Positions 11,295-20,516 of a DNA stretch of 64,000 bases are shown piece by piece; the stretch's first letter is position 1, and every line of letters begins with the position of its first letter. Below the pieces are notes generated by a model, which ran no database searches, was not told the DNA's origin, and saw nothing but the letters and a program-made list of their open reading frames with translations. Both the position numbers and the translations under genes were made by a program. Source of the stretch: Candidatus Dormiibacterota bacterium (GTDB lineage Bacteria > Chloroflexota > Dormibacteria > Aeolococcales > Aeolococcaceae); assembly GCA_963800175.1 (NCBI GenBank), contig CAWCZS010000002.1, forward strand, positions 960,328 through 1,024,327, written 5' to 3'.

Positions 11295-13634
11295 ATGAAG
11301 AGCACCGATCGCGCTGCGGCTCCAGGCAACTGGTCGACTCAGCAACTGGCGGAATTCCTCGTCGCTGTGGCCGCAAGCACCGACGAGCGTTCGGCGCGCC
11401 TGTGCGCGATGCAGTGGGCATCCGAGGTGTTGGAGGCCGAGGTGGCGGCTGTCGTCACCGCTGACTCGGTCGTCGACATGATCGGGTTTCCTCGGGGCCA
11501 GGTTCCGGTTGCGGCATTGCTCGTCGCGGGCCGCCACTCGAACCACGAACTCCACGTTCCGCGAGTTGGAGCACTGCGCTCGGTCAGCGTTCCCATTGAA
11601 GAGATCGAGGGCCATCTCGTGGTCGGTCGCTCCGGCGACGAGCACTTTGCTGCCGATGAAGTCGGCCTGCTGCGCGCGATGGGGCGCAGTCTTTCGATGA
11701 CTCTTCGCGCGCTGCGCATGCTGGAGCAGGAGCGAGCGCTCCGCGCCGAGGTGGAGCTGCGCGCGCAGGAGAACCTGCGCCTGCTGCTCATGGTGCAGGA
11801 GCGTCAGACGGCCCTCGAACGGCTTTCCAAGATCCGCTTGTCCATCTCGCGTCGCGCGCCGCTGCCGGAGGTGCTCGACTCAGTTGTTGAAGGGGCTCGT
11901 GATCTGCTCGGCGACGAGGTCGTCGGACTCCGGCTCCTGGATGACGAGCACCCCGGGTTCGCGAATCTGGTCTCGTCGACCGGCGTTTCCCACGCGGTGC
12001 TCGCCACGACAAAACGGAGTTCGCTGTCGAACGGCGCCGGCGGACGCGCGATCGTCGAGGATCGCGTGATCATCCTGAACGACTATCAGAACGACTCTGG
12101 TGCGATGAACGAGTTCGTCGGCGATGAGTTGCAGAGTGCGATCGCCGCTCCGATCCACGAAAACGGTCGTGCGGTTGGCAGCATCACTGTGGCGACGCAC
12201 CGCCCAGGGCGTGAATACACCGACACCGACTGCGAGATGCTCGTGGCGCTCGCGGATCAGGCGAGCATCGCGCTCAACGACGCGAAAGCAGTCGACCAGA
12301 TGCGTCATCTCGCGTACCACGACGCGCTGACCGGTTTGCCGAATCGCCTGCTGTTCTTCGAGCACCTGGTTCGCGCGGTCGCCAACGCCAACCGAAGCGG
12401 GGCGAGCACTGCGGTGCTCTACCTTGACCTTGATCGTTTCAAGGTGGTCAACGACAGCCTGGGTCACAACGTGGGCGACCGCCTCCTCGAGGCAGTGGCC
12501 AAGCGCCTCCGCTCCGCACTGCGGACGGCGGACCTCGCCGCGCGTCTTGGTGGTGACGAGTTTGCCGTGCTGGCCGAGAACACGACTGCCGAAGGCGCGG
12601 TGATTCTTGCGGGGCGGATCTGCGATTCGCTCCGTGATCCCTTCGGCATCAGCGGGCATGAGCTGACCGTGACTGCGAGCGTCGGAGTCGTGGTCGATGC
12701 GGCCGGTCACACCGACGCCGACGCTCTCCTGCGCAACGCGGACCTCGCCATGTATCGGGCCAAGGTCGACGGGCGTGGCGGGCATGCGGTGTACGAACCG
12801 GACATGCACGCCGTTGCCTCGGATCGTGCTCATCTCGAGGGGAACCTGCGCCGTGCGGTGGCGCTTGATCAATTCGAGGTGCATTACCAACCGATCGTCT
12901 GGCTGGCGACCGGCAAGGTGCTCGGTGTGGAAGCGCTGGTGCGCTGGCGTCGCGATGACGGTGTGCTGGTTTCACCGGCCGAGTTCATCCCGGTTGCAGA
13001 GGAGATGGGGCTCATCGTCCCGATCGGACGCATGGTCATGGATACGTCGATGCGCCAGGTGCGCGAATGGCAGGACACGCAGCCCGAGGAATGGAGCCTG
13101 AATCTCAGCATCAACCTCTCGGCGCGACAGCTCTATGAACCCGACATCGTGCGCGAAGTGGTTGATGCGCTGACCAGCACGGGTTTCGATCCGACGCACC
13201 TGACGTTGGAAATCACCGAGACCGCGTTGATGCACGACACTTCGACGGTGAGTGCGCGGCTGGACGAGCTTCGCGCTGTCGGTGCGCGCATCGCACTCGA
13301 CGATTTCGGCACCGGATATTCGTCGTTGAGCTACCTGCGCAACTTTCCAATCGACGTCCTCAAAGTGGACAAGTCATTTATCGACGACATAGCGTCGGGA
13401 TCGGACCGTGCGAATCTCGCCCGCGGGATCATCGAGCTCGGAAGGACCATGCAGCTCGACATCGTCGCCGAGGGAATCGAGGATCCACTGCAGGTCGTCG
13501 AGTTGTTGCGTCTGCAGTGCAGCATGGGTCAGGGCTTTCATTTCTCCCGGCCGCTTCCGCCCGCGGAGCTCAGCAAATACCTCCTCGCGCAGCACGGGGT
13601 TCCGGCGGTCAAACCGTCGATCGTCGCGGTCTAG
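11295..13634 (+). CDS. GAF-GAF-GGDEF-EAL c-di-GMP signalling protein
   Basis: ATG at 11295 lies 5 bp after the FIST stop. GGDEF motifs LTGLPNR and GGDEFAVL. EAL motifs EALVRW, DDFGTGYSSL and QGFHFSRPLP. Single clean 780-aa ORF. Confidence 0.85.
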   Translation: MKSTDRAAAPGNWSTQQLAEFLVAVAASTDERSARLCAMQWASEVLEAEVAAVVTADSVVDMIGFPRGQVPVAALLVAGRHSNHELHVPRVGALRSVSVPIEEIEGHLVVGRSGDEHFAADEVGLLRAMGRSLSMTLRALRMLEQERALRAEVELRAQENLRLLLMVQERQTALERLSKIRLSISRRAPLPEVLDSVVEGARDLLGDEVVGLRLLDDEHPGFANLVSSTGVSHAVLATTKRSSLSNGAGGRAIVEDRVIILNDYQNDSGAMNEFVGDELQSAIAAPIHENGRAVGSITVATHRPGREYTDTDCEMLVALADQASIALNDAKAVDQMRHLAYHDALTGLPNRLLFFEHLVRAVANANRSGASTAVLYLDLDRFKVVNDSLGHNVGDRLLEAVAKRLRSALRTADLAARLGGDEFAVLAENTTAEGAVILAGRICDSLRDPFGISGHELTVTASVGVVVDAAGHTDADALLRNADLAMYRAKVDGRGGHAVYEPDMHAVASDRAHLEGNLRRAVALDQFEVHYQPIVWLATGKVLGVEALVRWRRDDGVLVSPAEFIPVAEEMGLIVPIGRMVMDTSMRQVREWQDTQPEEWSLNLSINLSARQLYEPDIVREVVDALTSTGFDPTHLTLEITETALMHDTSTVSARLDELRAVGARIALDDFGTGYSSLSYLRNFPIDVLKVDKSFIDDIASGSDRANLARGIIELGRTMQLDIVAEGIEDPLQVVELLRLQCSMGQGFHFSRPLPPAELSKYLLAQHGVPAVKPSIVAV

Positions 13635-13754
13635 CCTCCTGCGCCTGCGCGAAGCGGGACGTGTAACCCCGGCTGGTATCCCTCCCAGGTCCGCGCCCAG
13701 AGGAGCGGGGGATGAGACGCCGCGTCGCGGCAACGCCGATCGGAGGAAGTACGC

Positions 13755-14468
13755 ATGGCAGGCACCGGACGACATTCCTTGAAGGTCGTCGTTGTGACGA
13801 TTGCGACAGTGATCGGGCTCGGGGCGGTGGGGCTGTTGCTTGCCGGGCTGACGCCGGCGACGAAGGCGACGCTCACGAGCGCGCGCGTGTCCGTCGTCAC
13901 GGGCGCCTCGATCACGATCAAAGACGGCGCGTGTGCCGGTGGCGGCACCGAGTTCTGCTTCAGCCCGGAGTCGGTCACCATCGCGGTCGGCACCGCTGTG
14001 GTCTGGACAAATGAGACCGGCATCAACCACACCACCAGTTCATGCACGTCGAGCGCGTGCCCCGGAGCACCGGCCAACACCGGCAGCCAGACTTTCAGCA
14101 ATCCGGTCGGCGCGGCCAAGGGCAGCACGGAGTCCGTCACGTTCACGAGCGCGGGGACGTACACGTACTACTGCATGATCCACGGCTACAACGCGATGCA
14201 CGGCACGATCATCGTTACCGGTGCGGCGATGCCGAAGATCTCGAAGGTCACGCCGAAGTCCGGACCCGTGGGCACTAAGGTGACGATCACCGGCAAGAAC
14301 CTCGCACTCGCGAGTGCCGTCACGTTCAACGGCACAGCGGCCGTCATCACCTCGGACACCGCGACCAAGATCGTGGTCAGGGTCCCTGCGGGCGCGACCA
14401 CAGGAAAGATCGAGGTCGTCGATCCTGACGGCAGTGCCATGAGCTCGGCAAGCTTCAAGGTCACGTAG
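13755..14468 (+). CDS. Membrane-anchored type-1 copper (cupredoxin, amicyanin/plastocyanin-like) protein with C-terminal IPT/TIG domain
   Basis: N-terminal TM helix. Cu ligands are His in GINHTT and C-x2-H-x4-M in YYCMIHGYNAMHG. The C-terminal PKISKVTPKSGPVGTKVTITGKNL is IPT/TIG-like. Confidence 0.7.
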   Translation: MAGTGRHSLKVVVVTIATVIGLGAVGLLLAGLTPATKATLTSARVSVVTGASITIKDGACAGGGTEFCFSPESVTIAVGTAVVWTNETGINHTTSSCTSSACPGAPANTGSQTFSNPVGAAKGSTESVTFTSAGTYTYYCMIHGYNAMHGTIIVTGAAMPKISKVTPKSGPVGTKVTITGKNLALASAVTFNGTAAVITSDTATKIVVRVPAGATTGKIEVVDPDGSAMSSASFKVT

Positions 14469-14488
14469 GTGCTGTAATTCGACACCAG

Positions 14489-15823
14489 GTGATCAAACCG
14501 GTCGGACATGCCTGGGGTCGAACGCTGCGCAAGGCAGTGCCTCGTGCGGAGCACGCGGACTTCACGCCGCCAACGGATCGGGGGGACCCGGTGGCGTTGC
14601 TCGAGCGCGGCAACGAGGGACGACGGGTCGACCTGATTCCCATCAGGTTCGGGCGGATGTCCGCAGCGCCGTATCCGTTCTTCCGGGGATCGGCGGCGAT
14701 CATGGCGCGCGATCTCGTTGGAACGCCGGTCAGCGGAATCACGGTGCAGCTTTGTGGTGATGCGCACCTGAGCAACTTCGGTCTGTATGCCACCCCCGAG
14801 CGGCGGTTGGTCTTTGGAGCCAATGACTTCGACGAGACACTTCGCGGTCCGTGGGAATGGGACCTCAAGCGTCTCGCCGCGAGTCTCGTCGTGGCCGCCC
14901 GTGATATCGGTCTCAGCGTGGAGCAGGGTGAGCGGGCTGCCGTCGCCGCCGCGTCCTCGTATCGCCAGCACATCGGGACGTACGCGACGATGGCGGCGCT
15001 CGACGTCTGGTACGCGACAGTCGATGTTCCGAGCGTCCTGCGCCTCATGCGTGACATCCGCACGCACGCGCGACACAGCGTTGCGCGAGCGCGGGAGCGC
15101 GGCCATCTCCGAGCGCTCAACAAGTTGACGGAGACAATCGATGGCATGCCGCGCATACGCCACGACCCGCCGCTCGTGGTGCGCCTCGACGACGAGCCGG
15201 CACTGCTTGCGCAGCTCGACGGTCTCATCGCCGGGTATCGCAGGACGCTACCCGAAGAACGCCGGGTGCTGTTCAATCGATACCGGCTTGTCGACGTCGC
15301 CCTCAAGGTCGTCGGTGTCGGCAGTGTCGGCACGCATTGCTGGATTGGGTTGCTGCGCTCCGACGCAGGCGATCCGCTGTTTCTCCAGGTCAAGGAAGCG
15401 CGCGCGTCGGTGCTCGAGGAGCCGCTCGGCACACGATGGCGCCGCCACCAGGGCAATCGCGTCGTGACCGGGCAGCGGTTGATGCAGGCATTCCCGGATG
15501 TGTTCCTCGGCTGGGCGACTGCGCAGGGATCCGGGCGTCAGTACTACGTCCGTCAACTCGAGGATATGAAGGGATCATTCAACGTCGTCGACATGGACGC
15601 AGGCGAGCTTGCGGCGTATGGAGCTCTCTGCGCATGGACGCTTGCCCGCGCACACGCGCGATCGGGAGATGCGGGCGCGATCGCCGGATACCTGGGATCG
15701 TCTCCGGTATTCGACATGGCGATCGGCCACTTCGCTCGCGCATACGCCGAGCAGAACGACAAGGACTACAACGCGCTCGTCGCGGCGATTGCCGGCGGGC
15801 GCGTCGCCGCCCAAAACGCGTAA
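14489..15823 (+). CDS. DUF2252-family protein (uncharacterized)
   Basis: 444 aa. N-terminal pattern RxxLRKxVPRxxHAxxTPxxxRxDPVALLE...PIRxGRMxxxPxxFxRG...QLCGDAHLSNFG is characteristic of DUF2252. Confidence 0.65.
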   Translation: MIKPVGHAWGRTLRKAVPRAEHADFTPPTDRGDPVALLERGNEGRRVDLIPIRFGRMSAAPYPFFRGSAAIMARDLVGTPVSGITVQLCGDAHLSNFGLYATPERRLVFGANDFDETLRGPWEWDLKRLAASLVVAARDIGLSVEQGERAAVAAASSYRQHIGTYATMAALDVWYATVDVPSVLRLMRDIRTHARHSVARARERGHLRALNKLTETIDGMPRIRHDPPLVVRLDDEPALLAQLDGLIAGYRRTLPEERRVLFNRYRLVDVALKVVGVGSVGTHCWIGLLRSDAGDPLFLQVKEARASVLEEPLGTRWRRHQGNRVVTGQRLMQAFPDVFLGWATAQGSGRQYYVRQLEDMKGSFNVVDMDAGELAAYGALCAWTLARAHARSGDAGAIAGYLGSSPVFDMAIGHFARAYAEQNDKDYNALVAAIAGGRVAAQNA

Positions 15824-15895
15824 CCGCGCTTTCCCGGCGTCCGGCACGGTCCCGGCGCCGAGTTCCCGGCGCGAGACACGGGGTATTCTTGCGCC

Positions 15896-16529
15896 GTGAA
15901 CTCGCGCCTTGTGGTTCCCGCGTACCGGCTTGTGTTTGCGGCTGTGACAATCGCCGCGATCATCAGCCAGGCGGTGGCGTCGATCAACCTCGGGATCTTC
16001 CGCCCTGTCAACTACTTCAGCTATTTCACCATCGACAGCAACCTGATCGCGGTGGCGCTCCTGCTGGTCGGTGTCGCACGTTGGCGCTCCACCAACTCGC
16101 CGGCGAATGGACGTCCTTCGCGGAGCAGGCGTGGTGTACATGTCGGTGACCGGCGTGGTGTTCACGCTGCTCCTGAGTGGCGTTGACGTGGATACGCAAC
16201 TCAAGTGGGTGAACACCGTGGTCCACGAGTTGATGCCGCTTGTCATGGTTGCTGACTGGTTGATCGCACCGCCTGCATCGCGCCTGACACTTCGCCAGGG
16301 AGCGCTGTGGCTGCTCTTCCCACTCGCCTGGATCATTTACACGGTGATTCGCGGCGCGGCAACCAATTGGTATCCGTACCCATTCCTGAATCCGGCCAAC
16401 GGTGGGTACGCCAGCGTGACGCTGTACTGCGTCGGCATCCTCGTGTTCATGCTCGTGGTGTGCGCCGCGGTCGTATGGCTTGGAAACCTCCGCCATCCCG
16501 AGTCCGCGGCTCAGGTGCAGACGGCCTGA
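15896..16529 (+). CDS. Pr6Pr-family integral membrane protein; frameshift near 16090
   Basis: FSYFTIDSNL plus the NWYPYPFLNP motif and about 6 TM helices, split between ORFs 15896.. and 16071..16529. Confidence 0.65.
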
Positions 16530-17289
16530 CGATTACGGTTTCGCACGCTCACCAACACCGCGATGCCGAGGCACACGAGCACCGCGATCACGAGAGCGAT
16601 CGGCACCGCCGGACTCCCACCCGAACTGACAAGCGTGACGACGGCGTGTGGTGACGGCGTGGAAGTTGGTGGGGTGCCGCTGATCGAGGGCAGATCCTCG
16701 GGCGTGGCGGTGGCACTCGGCGTCGTTGCTGTGGGGGTCGTTGCGTGCGCGGGAGCCGTCGCGTCCGGGACTCGCAGTTGGACGAGCAGTCGCGGACTGC
16801 ATGACCGGAGCGTGCGTCGGCCGCGCCGTTGGCCGCGGAAGTCGCGGATGGAACTGGGGGAGGCGTTGCGGGCGTGGCGACCACGATGGTGCCGTGCATC
16901 GCCACGTAGCCGTGGATGCTGCAGTAGTAGTAATAGGTTCCGGCGGTGCTGAATGTGAATGATCCGTGCCCATCCGCGGGCACGGCGACATCGAACGTGT
17001 TGATCCCGGTGCTCGCCGGGGAGCCCGGGCAGGCGCTCGGCGTGCACTGCGCAATCTCATGCGCGACACCACTTGTATCCGTCCATGTCACCGGCATCCC
17101 CGTCTCAGCTGTGGCGATTTCGGGAGTGAAACAGAACGACGTGCCGCCGTTGCTGCATGGGCCGGATGTGATCGCTATCCCAGTGGCTGCGGAGCCTCCC
17201 GTAGCGAGAACGACTGTCGCAGACGCCGCGACAAGTACGCCCGCAACCACGCCGAGCAACGCGCGAGCTCGATGGCGCTCGCTCACCAT
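16511..17289 (-). CDS. Type-1 copper (cupredoxin) paralog with Pro/Thr-rich linker and C-terminal TM anchor; frameshift near 16840
   Basis: ORF 16588..17418 has HEIAQC...YYCSIHGYVAMHG. ORF 16511..17047 supplies the PT-rich linker and the hydrophobic C-terminal helix VPIALVIAVLVCLGIAVLV. Confidence 0.65.
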
Positions 17290-17587
17290 GCGATCACACG
17301 GCGAACAGCGACACACGCGATGGTGCTGACGTCGTTCGACAACGCGGATGCCTCCAGAGCTGGCGTGCGGCTGCCGTGAGTTACGCGGCGCGGTTACACG
17401 CGCGGCCTCCGCTGCCACACGGCTGGTCGCAAACTGCTGGCTGCTTGACCGGTGCTTGCCCTGGGGAGCACGGTCGCCACCGGCCGAGAGCCGTCAGCGT
17501 CAGTGACGGAACTCGAGGCGCTCCGCGGTCGGAGCGAACGAGGCATGCTAGCGGCGATATGCCGCTGCAGCCCTTGGACGAGCTTCG

Positions 17588-18641
17588 ATGAGCATCGTCG
17601 TCCTCGTCGCCACGGCCCTCGCTGCCGGTGTCGAGTGGGTCGAGGCGCTGACGATCGTTCTGGCGGTCGGCATCGTCAAGGGATGGCGGAGCGCGTTGCT
17701 GGGCATGGCGATCGCATTCGTGGCGCTGGCGATCCTGGTTGCGGTCTTTGGGATCACCATCACGTCGCGCATCTCGATCGACGATGCCCGCACGTTCGTC
17801 GGGGTCTTTCTGCTGCTCTTCGGTCTCAAGTGGCTCCATAAAGCCATCCTCCGGTCCAGCGGGCTGAAGTCCCTCCATGACGAGGCCGCTTCCTTCGACG
17901 CGACGACCCAGCGTCTCGGTCCGAAAGGAGGGGCCGCCGGGATCGATCGGGTCGGGGTCACCACGGCGCTGGGTGGCGTCTTTCTCGAAGGCCTCGAAGT
18001 GGTGTTCATCGTCGTCGCGTTGGGTGGCCTCCAGGACATCCCGTCTGCGGTGGCCGGCGCGCTCGCTTGCACTGCTCGTGGTCGCCGGGGCCGGCCTCGC
18101 GTTCCGGCATCCGCTGACGCGCGTTCCCGAGAACACGATGAAATATGTCGTGGGCATCATGCTCACGTCCTTCGGCACGTTTTACGCAGGGGAGGGGATC
18201 GGTGTCCACTGGTGGGGCGACGACCTCAGCCTCGTGGTCTTGATCGCGACGTACGGGCTCGCGTCAATCGCGTTCGTCTGGTTCCTGCGGCGTCCCGCAC
18301 GCCGAAGCGCGCCGTCCGGGCTCGGCCGTGCGATCAAGGCTGTTGTGCTCGAGGTCTGGGGATTGTTCGTCGACGACGGTGCGGTGGCGCTGGTCGCCGT
18401 GGTGGCGCTGCTCGCGGTGGCGTTGTTCGTCCAGCACCAGGGCGACGGACACAACATCGCCGGCGTGCTGTTGATTGCCGGAGTGCTGATCGCAGTGGGC
18501 GTTGGGCTGTCGGCCGCCGGGCGGGCGGCTCGCAAGCCTGTGAAGTCCGATGCGCCGCCTGACCTGTCACCCGGTGGCGCGCTTCGCGAGAGTGACCTCG
18601 TATCCGGCGCTCCCGACCGAGGTGCCGACCGCAACGCATGA
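17588..18641 (+). CDS. Polytopic integral membrane protein, function unknown; frameshift near 18060
   Basis: ORFs 17588.. and 17877..18641 together give about 8 TM helices with repeated GxExxEALTIVLAVG / GLEVVFIVVALGG motifs. Confidence 0.5.
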
Positions 18642-19004
18642 CGCGGGGCTGACGCAGGTCACCGCCTGCAACTGGCGGGGGAACTCAGGAGGTTCGGGGA
18701 GTGCGCGGCATGCTGACAAAGATTGCCCGAACAAAGCGTGATGCAGCCTTGGGAATGTTCGCAGAGCGAATCACTTTTCGGGGGGCTTGACGTACCACCA
18801 CCGACAGGGCGATCATGGCGCCTTCAGATCGACCCGGCAACCTGTTGAGTGGAGAAACTGGTGACCGGATACATGTCATCTATAGCGGGGCGAGGCAGCA
18901 GCGCTTTCCGCATGTGCTCCCACAATTCCGCCTGCACCGCGCACCATTGCCGATGTTCTTCCCGCCGTTGCGCCAGTCCCCACGTTTAAAGAGGTAAGGC
19001 AAGC

Positions 19005-19634
19005 ATGCGATTGAGAATCTGGAGCCTCATCGGTGGCGTCGTGGTGTTCGGCGTGCTGGTCGGGTTCTTTGTCACGCGCTTCCTGAATCCCACGCCGCCG
19101 CAGATCACCGCGACGACCACGTCCACAACGTTGCAGGGGCGGCCCGTGGTGGACTTCAACCTCACCACGGTCGCTGCAGTCGGTACGGCGGGACAGGGCG
19201 GTGGAGAGCATCCGAACTGGGTCGGATATCTGCCGACCACCTTCCTCAAGGTTCCTGCGGGCGCGGTGGTGCACATGACCATCGATCAGCAGGACGGCCA
19301 GACGGGATTGCGCAACGAGTACTTCGGTCTTGTCCGCGGCACGATCAACGACCAGATGACGGTCGACGGCAAAGTGATGGGCGCTCTCAACCCGGCGCTC
19401 GCAGCCCACACGTTCACGATCCCCGACCTCGGTGTCAGCGTCCCGCTCGAAGGGGTGGCGGACAACGCGCCGGCCAACGCGCAGATCGTCGTCCAGTTCG
19501 ACTTCGTCGTCCCGGACACGCCGGGTCTGTTCCGCTGGCAGTGCTTCGTTCCCTGCGCCGCGGGGACGCTCTACGGCAACGGCGGGCCGATGCAGACCCT
19601 CGGCTACATGGCCGGCGAGTTGCAGGTGGGCTGA
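19005..19634 (+). CDS. Membrane-anchored cupredoxin-fold protein adjacent to oxidase subunit II
   Basis: N-terminal TM helix. Beta-rich periplasmic domain with VHMTID and a C-terminal FRWQCFVPCAAG...GYMAG cluster of Cys and Met. Start is 4 bp before ctaC. Confidence 0.55.
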   Translation: MRLRIWSLIGGVVVFGVLVGFFVTRFLNPTPPQITATTTSTTLQGRPVVDFNLTTVAAVGTAGQGGGEHPNWVGYLPTTFLKVPAGAVVHMTIDQQDGQTGLRNEYFGLVRGTINDQMTVDGKVMGALNPALAAHTFTIPDLGVSVPLEGVADNAPANAQIVVQFDFVVPDTPGLFRWQCFVPCAAGTLYGNGGPMQTLGYMAGELQVG

Positions 19635-19637
19635 CCG

Positions 19638-20477
19638 ATGAGAAATAGAGCCACCGCCACCCGAATCGTGATCATCGTCTGGCTCGTCCTGGCGGTCGCC
19701 GGCGACATCGGGCTTGCGCTGGCACCGATGCCGCCTGGTCAAGCGTCGGATCTGGCCTCGAACGAGAGCTTCACGATCCAGTTGCTCGCCCTCATCGGCT
19801 GGCCCATCTTCTCCGCGGTGCTCGCGGCGCTCTTCTTCACGCTCGTGGTGAACCACCTTGCCCCACCCACCGCGGAAGTGAGCGCCGATGCGCTTCGTGG
19901 CAACACCCGCGTCCAGACGACGTGGATCGTGGCCACGCTCGTGGTCGTGCTGAGCCTGGCCGTGTATGGAACCGTCGCACTTGCGATCGATCAACCGGGG
20001 GCAGGCATTTCCACGGACTCGTCGTCACTGCCGATGCCGACTTCGACGAGCCAGCCACTCGAGGTGCAGGTCATCGCGCAACAGTGGTGGTTCACGTATC
20101 GCTATCCCACGTATGGCGGCATCGAGACCGCACAGCTGGTGCTCCCCGTCAACCAGAAGATCCAGTTCCACGTCACGTCGCTCGACGTCGTGCACTCCTT
20201 CTGGTTCTACGCGCTCGGTGTGAAAGCTGATGCGGTGCCACTCAACGACAACGTGGTGACGGCAACGCCCACGAAGATCGGCACGTATCGCATCCAGTGC
20301 GCAGAGCTGTGCGGCCTCTGGCACGGCAACATGGCCGACAACACGGCGATGGTCGTGAGCCAGTCGGACTTCGCTGCCTGGATCCAGCAGGAGACCACCC
20401 TCGACGCGCCGATCATGAAGTACCTGTTGCCGTACAGCCACACGTACCTCCCGCAGCCGGCCATCTACGGATCGTGA
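19638..20477 (+). CDS. ctaC: Cytochrome c oxidase subunit II
   Basis: Two N-terminal TM helices and the CuA site HSFW...CAELCGLWHGNM. Confidence 0.9.
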   Translation: MRNRATATRIVIIVWLVLAVAGDIGLALAPMPPGQASDLASNESFTIQLLALIGWPIFSAVLAALFFTLVVNHLAPPTAEVSADALRGNTRVQTTWIVATLVVVLSLAVYGTVALAIDQPGAGISTDSSSLPMPTSTSQPLEVQVIAQQWWFTYRYPTYGGIETAQLVLPVNQKIQFHVTSLDVVHSFWFYALGVKADAVPLNDNVVTATPTKIGTYRIQCAELCGLWHGNMADNTAMVVSQSDFAAWIQQETTLDAPIMKYLLPYSHTYLPQPAIYGS

Positions 20478-20516
20478 TGATGCTCGACACCCATTCGCAT
20501 ACAAGGGAAAGCTGAC

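Noticed and set aside
17381-18178. 265-aa minus-strand ORF opposite the polytopic membrane protein gene
   Set aside because: Asp/Arg-rich low-complexity translation. The plus strand encodes coherent TM helices.
18876-19994. 372-aa minus-strand ORF across the cupredoxin-like gene and ctaC
   Set aside because: Antisense to ctaC, whose CuA motifs are well conserved. Composition is Arg/Asp/His-rich with no domains.
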